Source: Haliotis cracherodii | Lineage: Eukaryota | DNA: 64,000 nucleotides | Direction of reading: 5' to 3' | Assembly (NCBI RefSeq): GCF_022045235.1 | Contig: NW_027266285.1 | Coordinates: 2,976,001-3,040,000, forward strand | Shown here: positions 25,923 to 36,200 of the stretch, piece after piece | Layout: each line of letters starts with the position of its first letter | How positions within the stretch are numbered: position 1 is the stretch's first letter | The notes under the pieces: generated by a model | Seen by the model: the letters and a program-made list of their open reading frames with translations, nothing else | Told to the model about the DNA's origin: nothing | Database searches by the model: none | Program-made: the position numbers and the translations under genes

Positions 25923-28900
25923 TACTACGAATAACTATTCTATTACTGCGTGTATGAATAGGATATTATTATGTTTTAAATACAAGCATCCTAACAAATG
26001 TTTTCCCAAACCAATTAACAACATTACCTACCGCGTAATAGTTATATAACGCCGTGTCAGCTTAATGTGGGATGCAGGTCTCAGACGTTTTCAACTGACG
26101 TGAAACCCATGAGTACAGGTATTGTGCTGATAAACGTAGAAATATTATCGGGGTGAAGCGAGATTTCAAGGTTTCTGTCGTGCCCAAGAGATACAACTTT
26201 AAACAGCGAAGTGCGGCGCCTTAATGCCCCCGGACCATTAATATGTCGGTCGTAGTCATGCAGCTTCAATCATGTATACAAGGGTATAAGTTACCGTTAA
26301 TGTCTCCTTCACGGGACCTTGTTTTGTGGATTGACACTATCTCATGATCAACAACTGACTTTGGACAATGGCGTTCATCTTGGAGTGTCGGGTTAACTAA
26401 TGTTTTCTTGTGGGGGTAATCGCCTGACTGCCTATCTGTCTCGAAAAAAACTTTAAACTCACACTCTCAAATTAAAGTCCTCACAGAGTCACCGTGAACA
26501 AGATATGCATTGCTTGCACCTGAACATGCTTGTATCAGACATGCATTGTTATGAATATTTATCTTACCTTACACATGAATGTCAAATTCTAACTGGTTGA
26601 GGCCCATTGTATTATTTTCAGTTGGCCCAGCTAACATTAAGGTACATTCTGACGATTCCCTCTCGACTTGCCGAATTGTCGTATTACATTTGCAACACAC
26701 CAACTGCAATTTGATGATGCAAGGCGCCACTCTATTGATACTTACGATGTGTTCCGAAATATATCTAGGGGACTAACGTTTAGTGTTTGTCTTCTGTCGT
26801 CTGCTAGAAATGGCTAACTGCGGGGAGATACATTCGTGGTGACCGCTGCCTCGTGTGGCATTGTTGATAACATACCTCCATGTAAGAATGAGTGAATTAA
26901 TATGGTTTTACTCCGCTTTAAGCAATATTCCAGCAATATCACGGCGATGGACACCAGAAATGGGCTTCACACGTTGTACCCACGTCGGGAATCGAACCGG
27001 GTCTTCGGTATGACGAGCGAATCACTAGGCTACCCGATCTGATTGGTTTACGTGATCTTGATAAAATACTATGTATCCCGCCTTGGAGGGACATACATTT
27101 CTCAGCGAGAGAATAAATCTCCTATACCCCGCCACGAACAAGAGAAGCTTCACGTGGGTTTTCTGAGAGGAAGAGAAAATTCTTAATAACCCGCTTTGAA
27201 GCAAGAAGCCGCAGCTAATTCGAACAGCTGTTTTCTATCAATTTAAAATTGTTTAAATTCTTCTACAAAGTCATATTAAAACATGTCGGTAAGATAAATT
27301 CGTTGTAGCAGTATCACCCGGGCTATCACTCGCCTCCGGCTCGTGGTATAAAACCTAACACGGGAGGCATAAAAACCACATGTACCCCTCGTGATACTGC
27401 CACAACTTATGATGTAGCCTCTGTGATAGTTATGATAGTTATGTTCCCATGGGGGCTCGGAGGGCTCGAGTACCGGTGGACAACTCATTATAGGCTAAGC
27501 GTATTGTATAATTTGTTCTTAAAACGTAATCTAATAATCTAACTTCACTTTTCTACACTTGGCAATATCGCATAAATTCGAAGGCGAGCTAACTATTAAA
27601 AAAGGTTAACAGTTTAAATAATCAATAATTTCCTACACATATTTTAAGGCAAGACTTCATTTTTTGCCGAATGTATTCAGGTATCCGTCGATTCAAAGAC
27701 GATGTTCGGATGATGATTGGGACCCGGATGAACATAGTGGCAACCATTGTGTACTACTATTTCCTGTTGTGCTGGTGTTTCATCTCCCCAGTGTTGTTGG
27801 TGGTAAGCCTGAAGGAGTGTTTGTTTGTTTGTTGTTGTTGAAATCCAGTGACTGACATCATGAGCATCGATCCACGCATTTGGGATACGATGAATGAATG
27901 AATCAAGTCAGCGAGCCTGACCACCCGATCCCGTTAGTCGCCTCTTACGACTGCATGGGTTGCTGAAGACCCGAATCTTCACGGTTCCGTGAAGAGGTGA
28001 CGAAATGAATTTTGTGTAACGCCACAGTAATACTCAAGTAATATCACGGTAGTCTGGCAATAGACAAGGCTTGAGACGGACAACCAGTGACTGTAATCAT
28101 GAGCAAAACCCCACACCATTGTGACACAATGTCACGCAAGTCACAGCTAGAGCCTGACCACCCGATCCAAGCTTGTCACCTCTTGGGTGATGTGGACCTG
28201 TTTAAACCCGGGTCCAATAGGCTGATGGTGGTTAGTTGATGCATTGGTTATTGTTGATTTATGTTATGTTATTAATGCAGTAGAAAGTTATAAATATAAT
28301 TATTATATGTGGTAATGTTATGTAATCAAAGCTAATGAAACATTGACACTGGGCAATGGTCAGATTGCATCAGCGAGTGTTTCATTCATCGTCCGATGGC
28401 TGTGAGAAAAAATACCAAAACCACCATTATGCCACAAATCATCTGTAGGTATTCATTCTAAACATGAATGCATACTTTCAGACCGTCCTAGTCTTCAAGA
28501 GCACGCAGTACACCCCTATTACAGGCCCAGGCTATCCAGAGTGGTCCGAAGCCCTGGGGTGGCTGATAGTGGCGGCTATCCTCATCTCTATACCCGCATG
28601 GTATTGTGGCTATTTCTGCTTCAAGGGAGGATTCGAGGTAAGTTTGATTTCATTGCTGATTTGACTTAACGCCGCTGCCGTTTTATTACGGTGTGTCAGG
28701 TGATGCAGTTTTATTAGGGTGTGTCTGGTGCTGCAGTTTTATTACGGCGTGTCTGGTGCTGCAGTTTTATTAGGGTGTGTCTGGTGCTGCAGTTTTATTA
28801 CGGTGCGTCTGGTGCTGCAGTTTTATTACGGCGTGTCTGGTGCTGCAGTTTTATTAGGGTGTGTCTGCTGCTGCAGTTTTGTTGCGGTGCGTCTGGTGCT

Positions 28901-31056
28901 GCAGTTTTATTAGGGTGTGTCTGGTGCTACAGTTTTATTACGGCGTGTCTGGTGCTGCAGTATTATTAGGGTGTGTCTGGTGATGCAGTTTTATTAGGGC
29001 GTGTCTGGTGATGCAGTATTATTAAGGTGTGTCTGGTGGTGTAGTTTTATTAGGGCGTGTCTGGTGATGCGGTTTTATAAGGGTGGGTCTGGTGCTGCAG
29101 TTTTATTACGGTGTGTCAGGTGGTGCAGTTTTATTAGGGTGTGTCTGGTGATTCAGTTTTATTAGGGTGTGTCAGGTGATGCTGTTTTATGAGACGTTTG
29201 GCACTTTGGTAGCGCCCACGAGCACGGTAGGCTGCTGACAAACCTAAAAAACACAATCAGTGGGAATTTGTGTGTGTGCGCCGGTCTATAGTGGTTCTTC
29301 TGAGATTGTGCACTGGCAGTTATTTTTGTGTGGTTCTATTTGTAATAACTCTGTTAAGGGTTAATGGGAAATTGCATAGGAGTTTCTAATTTCATTTTAT
29401 GTATACGCGTTTAACACATTTTCATGATGCTGTTAATTCTTCAGTATTATTTTTAACGAACTCCCTAAATTCAGAAAATGTGTTTGAAAATGTCAGAAAA
29501 TGTCACTATTATGAAAGGGGGGACACTGCATAATCTACCGCATTTATTCCACAGGGTTCAAGCGGTGTTTATGCACGGGAGGTAACCACATATGATGCAA
29601 AAACAATAGTGAAACACCTAAAAGTGGAACTAGTGAACGAGTATTACATTGGAATGATTCGTTTTCTAAATGTGTTGTGTTGATATAACATTCTGGATAA
29701 TCATATTATTTCGCCATTTTCCTTCCTAATTCACAACAAGATAAAACCACATGTATATCTCATTCAACCATTCTCAGTATTTCGTCGTTCACAGCGGTAG
29801 ACCAAAGGTTATTGTAAAGAGTTTACAAATTCCCCGCGTTCATGCAATGCATCAGAAGTTTTCTTGTAATGTTTTGAAATAATATTGCACCATATATAAA
29901 CAGGATTGTCGGGTTATTGGGTTTGCATGAGCTGTCAGTGATCTATCTTTTCTACATGCAATGTCATTGAATGAGCCAAGCGATGTTTACAGTTTTCAAT
30001 ATCTGTTTACTAAATACTGCCTGCGGTGGATCCGAAACATTTTGTCGGCATGCAACTAAATTCGTGGTATTCGTGTTCAGTTTATTCTTTACACAAACCC
30101 ATCGAGAGGAAGAACTGTAAGAACAACAAAATCTTTGTCAAAACAGATACATATATATGTTCTCTGCTTCGTAGGATTAATTCACCTGATGAAGGAGTAA
30201 TTATATACTCTGAAACGTCGTGTTCTTAAAAATAAAGAAGTTGACATCCATAAATTCTCTTCCTGACAATACACGTTTCATTTCCACAATATGAATTTCT
30301 CCCTTCAGGAAGTTGCATGCCACTGCCGATAATACAAACAAACAGGATTCGCCAGTCTTTCATACCAGTCAGCATGCGTTTATACAATCAGTTTTAGAAA
30401 AGTACAGGTTTATGTAGTCCCGTTTTACTTCGGTAACTTAACTTCACTTCGCCAGTCTTTATAATCTCTGTGTGATAGATATATATTCTTCTGTCTGGCG
30501 ACNNNNNNNNNNNNNNNNNNNNNNNNNNNNNNNNNNNNNNNNNNNNNNNNNNNNNNNNNNNNNNNNNNNNNNNNNNNNNNNNNNNNNNNNNNNNNNNNNN
30601 NNNNNNNNNNNNNNNNNNNNNNNNNNNNNNNNNNNNNNNNNNNNNNNNNNNNNNNNNNNNNNNCGCATGATTGCGTGTATGTATCTGTGCGTGCTATTGT
30701 TCCCTTTACTGCTGTAATTCCGTGTATTGCTGCTGTATATTGTTGTTTAACTGATATCTCGTACGCTGTATATCCAATGATCATGGAATAATAAAGCATT
30801 ATTTAAACTTATCGCATCTTATTTTATGTTTCATGTAATTTCACTCTTTATCTTGACATATTGCTTGTAGTTATGGTGGAATCTCAACAAACCACTTGAT
30901 GAATGGGGGCCGAGGCTGGATGAAAACAAACATGGAAGATACAGCCCAGGATTTGGAAGTCCGCTAGCGACGCTGGAGAATGCTTCTGTGGGTTCCAGCA
31001 AGAAGGGTGGTGGATTGATCAATGGTGGCTATGAAGAAGGGAAAAGCAGATTTTAG
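15862..31056 (+). CDS. SLC6 family Na+/Cl- dependent amino-acid/neurotransmitter transporter (GlyT/PROT/nutrient amino-acid transporter-like); 14 coding exons, ~606 aa plus an unidentified first exon
   Basis: Exons join in frame with matching phases and give the SNF signature [129 protein letters not shown]. Confidence 0.93.
16615..16746 (+). CDS. SLC6 exon (TM2)
   Basis: ttttacAG|[45 protein letters not shown]|GTTGGT. Confidence 0.92.
17190..17760 (+). mobile_element. Decayed LINE (RT C-terminal region) in an SLC6 intron
   Basis: Remnant peptides [44 protein letters not shown] and [10 protein letters not shown], with stops and frameshifts; same type as 59975-61259. Confidence 0.75.
18713..18913 (+). 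CDS. SLC6 exon (TM3, EL2)
   Basis: ttaacAG|[67 protein letters not shown]|GTGAGT. Confidence 0.92.
19098..19310 (+). mobile_element. SINE family 2 with (CAAA)n tail and TSD
   Basis: cttgtcgtaagaggcgactaacgggatcgggtggtcaggctc...ggaatattgctaagtttggcgttaaacaacaaacaaac; flanked by acaa(c/t)agcccgca at 19085-19097 and 19311-19323. Confidence 0.85.
19875..19932 (+). CDS. SLC6 exon (EL2)
   Basis: tacttcAG|[19 protein letters not shown]|GTGAGT. Confidence 0.88.
20150..20503. mobile_element. Non-autonomous element with a long terminal palindrome (copy 1)
   Basis: Hairpin arms aatctcacccgagtgtcttttgatatcaaatatatcaa / ttgatatatatgatatcaaaagacacgagggtgagatt at 20154-20235; body matches 50228-50633 in the opposite orientation. 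Confidence 0.75.
20697..20829 (+). CDS. SLC6 exon (TM4)
   Basis: ttcccAG|[44 protein letters not shown]|GTACAA. Confidence 0.92.
21263..21397 (+). CDS. SLC6 exon (TM5)
   Basis: gctacAG|[45 protein letters not shown]|GTAAGT. Confidence 0.92.
22210..22330 (+). mobile_element. SINE family 2, 3' fragment
   Basis: atcccaattgcgtggatcgatgctc...ggattgtctggtccagactcgatt...ggcgttaaacaacaaaca. Confidence 0.75.
22389..22492 (+). CDS. SLC6 exon (TM6) ending at a non-canonical GC donor
   Basis: gctgaAG|[34 protein letters not shown](R)|GCAAGT; 104 nt, phase 2 matches the next exon. Confidence 0.9.
22905..23029 (+). CDS. SLC6 exon (TM7)
   Basis: tttttcAG|[42 protein letters not shown]|GTTTGC. Confidence 0.92.
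23234..23346 (+). CDS. SLC6 exon (EL4-TM8)
   Basis: gtttcAG|[38 protein letters not shown]|GTACGT. Confidence 0.92.
23993..24127 (+). CDS. SLC6 exon (TM8-TM9)
   Basis: ttgacAG|[45 protein letters not shown]|GTATGT. Confidence 0.92.
24517..24616 (+). CDS. SLC6 exon (TM10)
   Basis: ctggaAG|[34 protein letters not shown]|GTAGGT. Confidence 0.9.
24705..24784. repeat. (GAGT)n microsatellite, probably a SINE tail
   Basis: Imperfect GAGT run. Confidence 0.9.
26887..27040 (-). mobile_element. tRNA-derived SINE family 1
   Basis: Reverse complement of the 14147-14314 element: tatggttttactccgctttaagcaatattccagcaatatcacggcg...gggaatcgaacc...cactaggctaccc. Confidence 0.85.
27681..27802 (+). CDS. SLC6 exon (TM11)
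   Basis: gtattcAG|[41 protein letters not shown]|GTAAGC. Confidence 0.92.
27818..27985 (-). mobile_element. SINE family 2
   Basis: (TTTG)n, then gagcctgaccacccgatcccgttagtcgcctcttacgac (reverse of the 19098 copy). Confidence 0.8.
28482..28637 (+). CDS. SLC6 exon (TM12)
   Basis: actttcAG|[52 protein letters not shown]|GTAAGT. Confidence 0.92.
28674..29191. repeat. 28-bp minisatellite, ~18 copies
   Basis: Unit GGTGTGTCTGGTGCTGCAGTTTTATTA(C/G); period 28 (28705 to 28733). Confidence 0.93.
30147..30263 (+). mobile_element. Short Penelope-like terminal remnant with minimal hammerhead-ribozyme motif (copy 2)
   Basis: cac-CTGATGA-a-ggagta-attata-tactct-GAAA-cg-TC-gtg at 30183-30222, followed by aataaa; paralogous to 10001-10121. 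Confidence 0.65.
30503..30663. other. Assembly gap
   Basis: Run of N. Confidence 1.
30871..31056 (+). CDS. SLC6 terminal exon (cytoplasmic C-tail)
   Basis: gcttgtAG|[61 protein letters not shown]. Confidence 0.88.
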   Translation, partial: LWWNLNKPLDEWGPRLDENKHGRYSPGFGSPLATLENASVGSSKKGGGLINGGYEEGKSRF

Positions 31057-31074
31057 AATGATGAACACCAGATG

Positions 31075-31240
31075 AACACATTTGCCAACATGATACACTC
31101 CGGGCCATTTGTTTACATGATAAACACCGGGCCATTTGTTTACATGATAAACATCAGGCAATTTGTCTAACTGATAAGTACCATGCTATTGTCTACATGA
31201 TAAACATCGGGCCATTCTTTACACGATAAACACCAGGCAC
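31075..31240. repeat. Degenerate ~27-bp tandem repeat in the SLC6 3' UTR
   Basis: acatgataaacaccgggccatttgttt-like unit, ~5-6 copies. Confidence 0.75.
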
Positions 31241-32829
31241 CTGCAACACCTCTTCATCGCAATTCATGTATCCATGTACAGACTATAGCGTGCTTCACAT
31301 TAGAACGTGCCATGCATTTGTCTTTACACAATGAGTTGCTGAGACTGGGTGTTTTGTCAAATTGTTTTCTGATCCTAACTACACTTAGAATAATTCGAAC
31401 CTTGCTTCTGTTTCCTTTGTCAACTTGTTAACGGCACCCTCAGCAATAGTCCAGCTATTTCACGGTGGTGTGCAAATATCGCTGCCAGTTATTGTAAAAT
31501 AATAATGATTTCAAAATGAAAAAATCTCAAAAGACTTGGATAAACAAATTGACCAATGAACCTAGCCCGCGTGCGACGTTTTGTGAATATTTCAGTATAC
31601 GACATTTCCGTTCGAAGTCAACTAATTGATATTAATATAGATATAGGTTTATTGTCAGCTTCATACCTAGCATCGTGTTCTTACTGTTAAAACACATTGG
31701 ACACATAAACACTGCAGACTCTTTAAGTATCTGCAACACTGTGTTAAATGCCATGTGTTAGATAGAGTTGCCCCCCTTCCCTAATGAAGCTGTTGGGATA
31801 TAATTTTTTGCAACTGTGAAATAACTTGCCAACTGGGTTAGATCGCCCATTCACCAACGGTCGTTTTGAAAAAAACAGCTGATTTTGTCTGCAACCATTT
31901 ATAAAAGACAGCGAGGCAGGGTAGTCCAGTGGTAAAAGTGTTTCCTCGCAAGGCCTGAGGCACTTGTTTGATTTCCCACTGTGAAGGCCAATCTTGGTAA
32001 TTATGTTCATTTTTCAATGGCTGGAATATTGTTAAAACTGGCGTGAAACCCTGGCATGAATCCGTCACTCACTAAATACTAAGGACACGAGGGTGTTTAA
32101 TGAAACATGACATGTTTCTCACATTCTAGTCCACTTGTTTAAGAGCTCGAATCGACAGACGTTTCTTTCAAAGAGTATCATCCGATTCCCACTGACCTGA
32201 GAACATCTGCGATTGTCCTTCTCCACCTTCCCGACGCAAGCCAATAAACTGACTCCACCCTTGCTTAACTGGGCTGGAATTTTAGGGCTCGATCGAAGCG
32301 CCACCAATGGCTATTAATTACGAGTGATGTTCCTTCCATGTCCTTGATATTGGCCAATCAGATTCAACCTCTCATATCACTTACATTTGCTTTAAACAAA
32401 ACGGCGGCGCCCTGTCAAGACGATCAAGTCGATGATAAAGACCTATGTTGTAACAAAACGGATCTTACCTCGCGAAGTACATCAGATCACGTGAGCACTT
32501 AGATTAAAAACATGAAAATATTTTGAAAATATCTGTCGACGCAAAGTTGACGGTACGCATCCTTTGAAAATCCTGCAATCGACCAGTCGGCTGTTTACGA
32601 TTCGTTACGCGATTTTGATTGGACTCTGCTTAGACGCGTTAGTCCAGCCAAAACATAACTCCATAATTTCAACCTAGTTCTGCAAGGGTGAAAACTAGAC
32701 TTTTACAGTCAGTTAACTCCCTTGCCTCGGGAAGATGGCCCCTCTCTTTTATGGGGCTATAAACCACTCATTGGTTTGAACACCAAAACAGTTCCCACTT
32801 GGTCCCACACAGAGAACTGATCTTCGACA

Positions 32830-33234
32830 CTGGAGGCCAAGTGTGTTGTTTCACTGCTTCTATAGACTGCTGATTTAGGGGTCTTCACGCTATGATGGAC
32901 GTAGACTTCAGTCTGGAGGCCAAGTGTGTTGTTTCAATGTTTCTATAGACTTCTGATTTAGGGGTCTTCACACTATGATGGACGTAGACTTCAGTCTGGA
33001 AGCCAAGTGTTTGGTTCTAGTGTTTCTATAGACTTCTGATTTAGGGGTCTTCACACTATGTGGACGTAGACTTCAGTCTGGAGGCCAAGTGTTTGATGCC
33101 AGTGGTTCTATAGACTGCTGATTTAGGGGTCTTCACACTATGATGGACGTAGACTTCAGTCTGGAGGCCAAGTGTTTGATGCCAGTGGTTCTATAGACTG
33201 CTGATTTAGGGGTCTTCACACTATGATGGACGTC
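32830..33234. repeat. 83-bp tandem repeat, ~5 copies
   Basis: ctgga(g/a)gccaagtgt recurs at 32830, 32913, 32996, 33078 and 33161. Confidence 0.92.
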
Positions 33235-36200
33235 TATGTCAGCAAATGTGACTCCGAATGAAAGTGTCACCTTTTGCACTGAGCGTACTGTCACAAACTC
33301 GTCTGTGTAATTTTTGTTGTACTGGCAGTACTTGTTCATTACGTCACCTCTGTGTGTATGTTTACCATGCGGCATCGGGAGTCAGGCTGTAGCTTACCGA
33401 ACGTTAGTTGTTCGTATTGTCATACAGCGACTGTTTATGTGTATATATTGACAAAGTGTATGCAGAATTCCCTTAAAGTATATGTATAAAGAAATATGTA
33501 GTTAAAAGTAAAACCATATCGCCATGCACAGCTTGATCTGTTCATCCTTAGTGACCGTCATTTGTAACTAAGGAATGCCGATTGACATTCAAATAAAATG
33601 TATCATATTCATTGCTTATATTGTCCAATCAGAATGTAATACGTTCTTCTATAAATGCATTCAATATCATGTATAAAACTATACAATTGTATTGGTAAGA
33701 GAGAAGCGGTCCCGGGATCCCCCTGGTCGACGCTTACCAGTGTCTGGTAATAAAGCCTCTACATACAATAGGACTTATGTTGGATCCCATATGGTCAGTC
33801 TGTGACCTTGTTACGCCATTACGTCTATACTGACTATACATAGGATACGTGCGTGGCCTAACTAACAGTATGTTCACGGTCTAGTAGCGACCTACGGAGA
33901 GCCTCATAATTAAACATGGTCTCAGAGTGTCATAATGCCTGATGTGCTTCACGTATTACAGTGAAGAAGTGCAGTTCGTTGTGTGTTGTTGCCTACGGAA
34001 AAATGGATAAAACCGGCAATAGTAAACCAAAAGGGAGCGAACACGCTTTGCCAGTCGCTGTATCAAGCAGTCAGCTTGAAACCGCCATATGATATTGACT
34101 TTCACTTCTGAAATCGTCAGCATAAATGGAAAACGTGGCGTCAAGAAACTGAACTTAGCTACAGAAGAGAAATATATTGAGGCAAACAACCCAGGTGCGG
34201 GAAGTGAATGAAACTTGGATATTTGATGGTTGCGGACTTTTGATATTAGGGTTTTTATTTATGTATTGTAACTCTCAAGTGTCTGAGACTATCGAAGGAT
34301 ATACGCTTTTCACCTGAAAGATATTATCAATAATCACAGACATATCCATAACAACTTCAACATGCAATTTTGGTAGATTAGCTGACTGCCTTATCAGAGA
34401 CTGCACAGTGGGTGGTATACTTGAAGTCTAGACATAGAAGTGCTCCAAGCGTAGTCGTTCAGCTGAACTTTCCACACGTGTGCATAACGTCACCGATGTG
34501 TGTGTGATGTATACCACACAAGTGAAGCGTTAGCTAACCGAACATGTTATTCGTCTGTTCACGGTAAAGTAGCGACCTACAAGGAGACTCATAATTAAAC
34601 AAACATGGTGCCACTTTTATTTCTCAAGGACTGACATTGTAAAGCCCTAGCGTTATCCATGCATGTTGTAGCGTCTCTAACACATAGCAGTGGCAGGTTA
34701 ATGTGTTTAGCATCTAATGTTTTGTTGCCTGAAGATGTACTTTACCTATGCTGAAACGTGTGACACTGTCTACTGCATACTTGATATCTACCGACAGTTC
34801 AAGGTACAACAATGGCAGTTATTATAATGCTCCGACCTTTGAAAGTAAAGGGTTCGTCTAAATTGGTAACACAAAAGCTCAAGTCAACATATCGTGGAAA
34901 CTGGAATAAACACTGAACAAGGGAGACAATTTACAATTTTATTACAAATCGTTACATATTCTCCTTGCATGGCTACATACTGTGCAATAGTTAGAACAGT
35001 TTTGCAATGGCATGAAAATGAAACGTTAACAGATCTAGCTGGCGATTCTAATTGGCTCGTGACCATTATGGCAGGTCACGTGATTCGTCATCGTTGTAAT
35101 GTACCGGTGTGTAGGAAATTTCAACCCCGGCTGACAAAATGTCCTGGACAAAATAATTTATGGCTGAAAATGCACAAGCTATGCCATGTCGCTGACAACT
35201 TGAAAGAATGAAATCTAATGACACTCAAGAAAAGAACATGTTATTTACACAGATTGAAGAAGCATACAACCTCTCGATGATAAATCACGTGATAAGCACG
35301 ACCAGAACTTCATGAGATATACTGGATAAGGGCCGGTAAGCGAGACAGCACAGCCCCCATCAGAAAAATCATCAAAGTCCGGTTATTACCCGCGTATCTA
35401 ATTTGATTGATTGCAATACCATGTGTGGCGTTTTCACTGAAACTATGTTATCTGTATGAAATTGACAACTTTTGGCATCTGACGATGAGTTTTCTGTTTT
35501 CAAAAATATTTTTGCTCATCTTTTTTATATTTTGGCATTATTTATCTAAAATAAGACGAAAATATGAATATATCACGATGTTATGAATGTGCTGGTATGA
35601 AATATTTCTAATTTTGTGCCATATCATTCAGAATATATACGCCGTATGTTATAGTTTCAAAAGTAAACTTTCGGAGTTATCGCTCATGTTGTTCAGTCCT
35701 TATTGTCCACCAACTAGAGCCCTCCTTGGACATGCATTACATCAATATCTTCCTAGGAATTAGGAACCATAGTAAAGTTTTAAAAGAAAACAAAACAGAT
35801 AACATTATCCAATAAATAGATTCATGAATAAGTTCAATAAACTATTTCAAATTCAACTAAATACATACGAATATAAATAAAATAATATCCTATTCACGTG
35901 GCTGAGCATAAAGACCGGCCTTGACAAATAGTCTAGAATAACTTATGAAAGACCTTAGAAATGAATATGTACAACATCTGCCTTGTGTAAACCCTCAGTG
36001 ATTTCAGAATCAAAATTCTATTTCGTAAACAACAACAGTTATTTAAAATGTCGCGTGGGCTAGTCATTTTGTAACAGGGACACCAGCACACCTCCATCCT
36101 GGCAAGACATGAACCAGAACAGGAAATGTGGAATTATATAGTTTAGTTTGTCTCCGTAAACGCTGAACCCACCTATACGTAGGTTTGAACATCAGCGCAT

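Noticed and set aside
28719-28969. Hydrophobic Cys-rich ORFs
   Set aside because: Translations of the 28-bp minisatellite
32330-32660. CCAAT/CpG-containing promoter-like patch
   Set aside because: No downstream gene identified, and such motifs are common in DNA-transposon interiors
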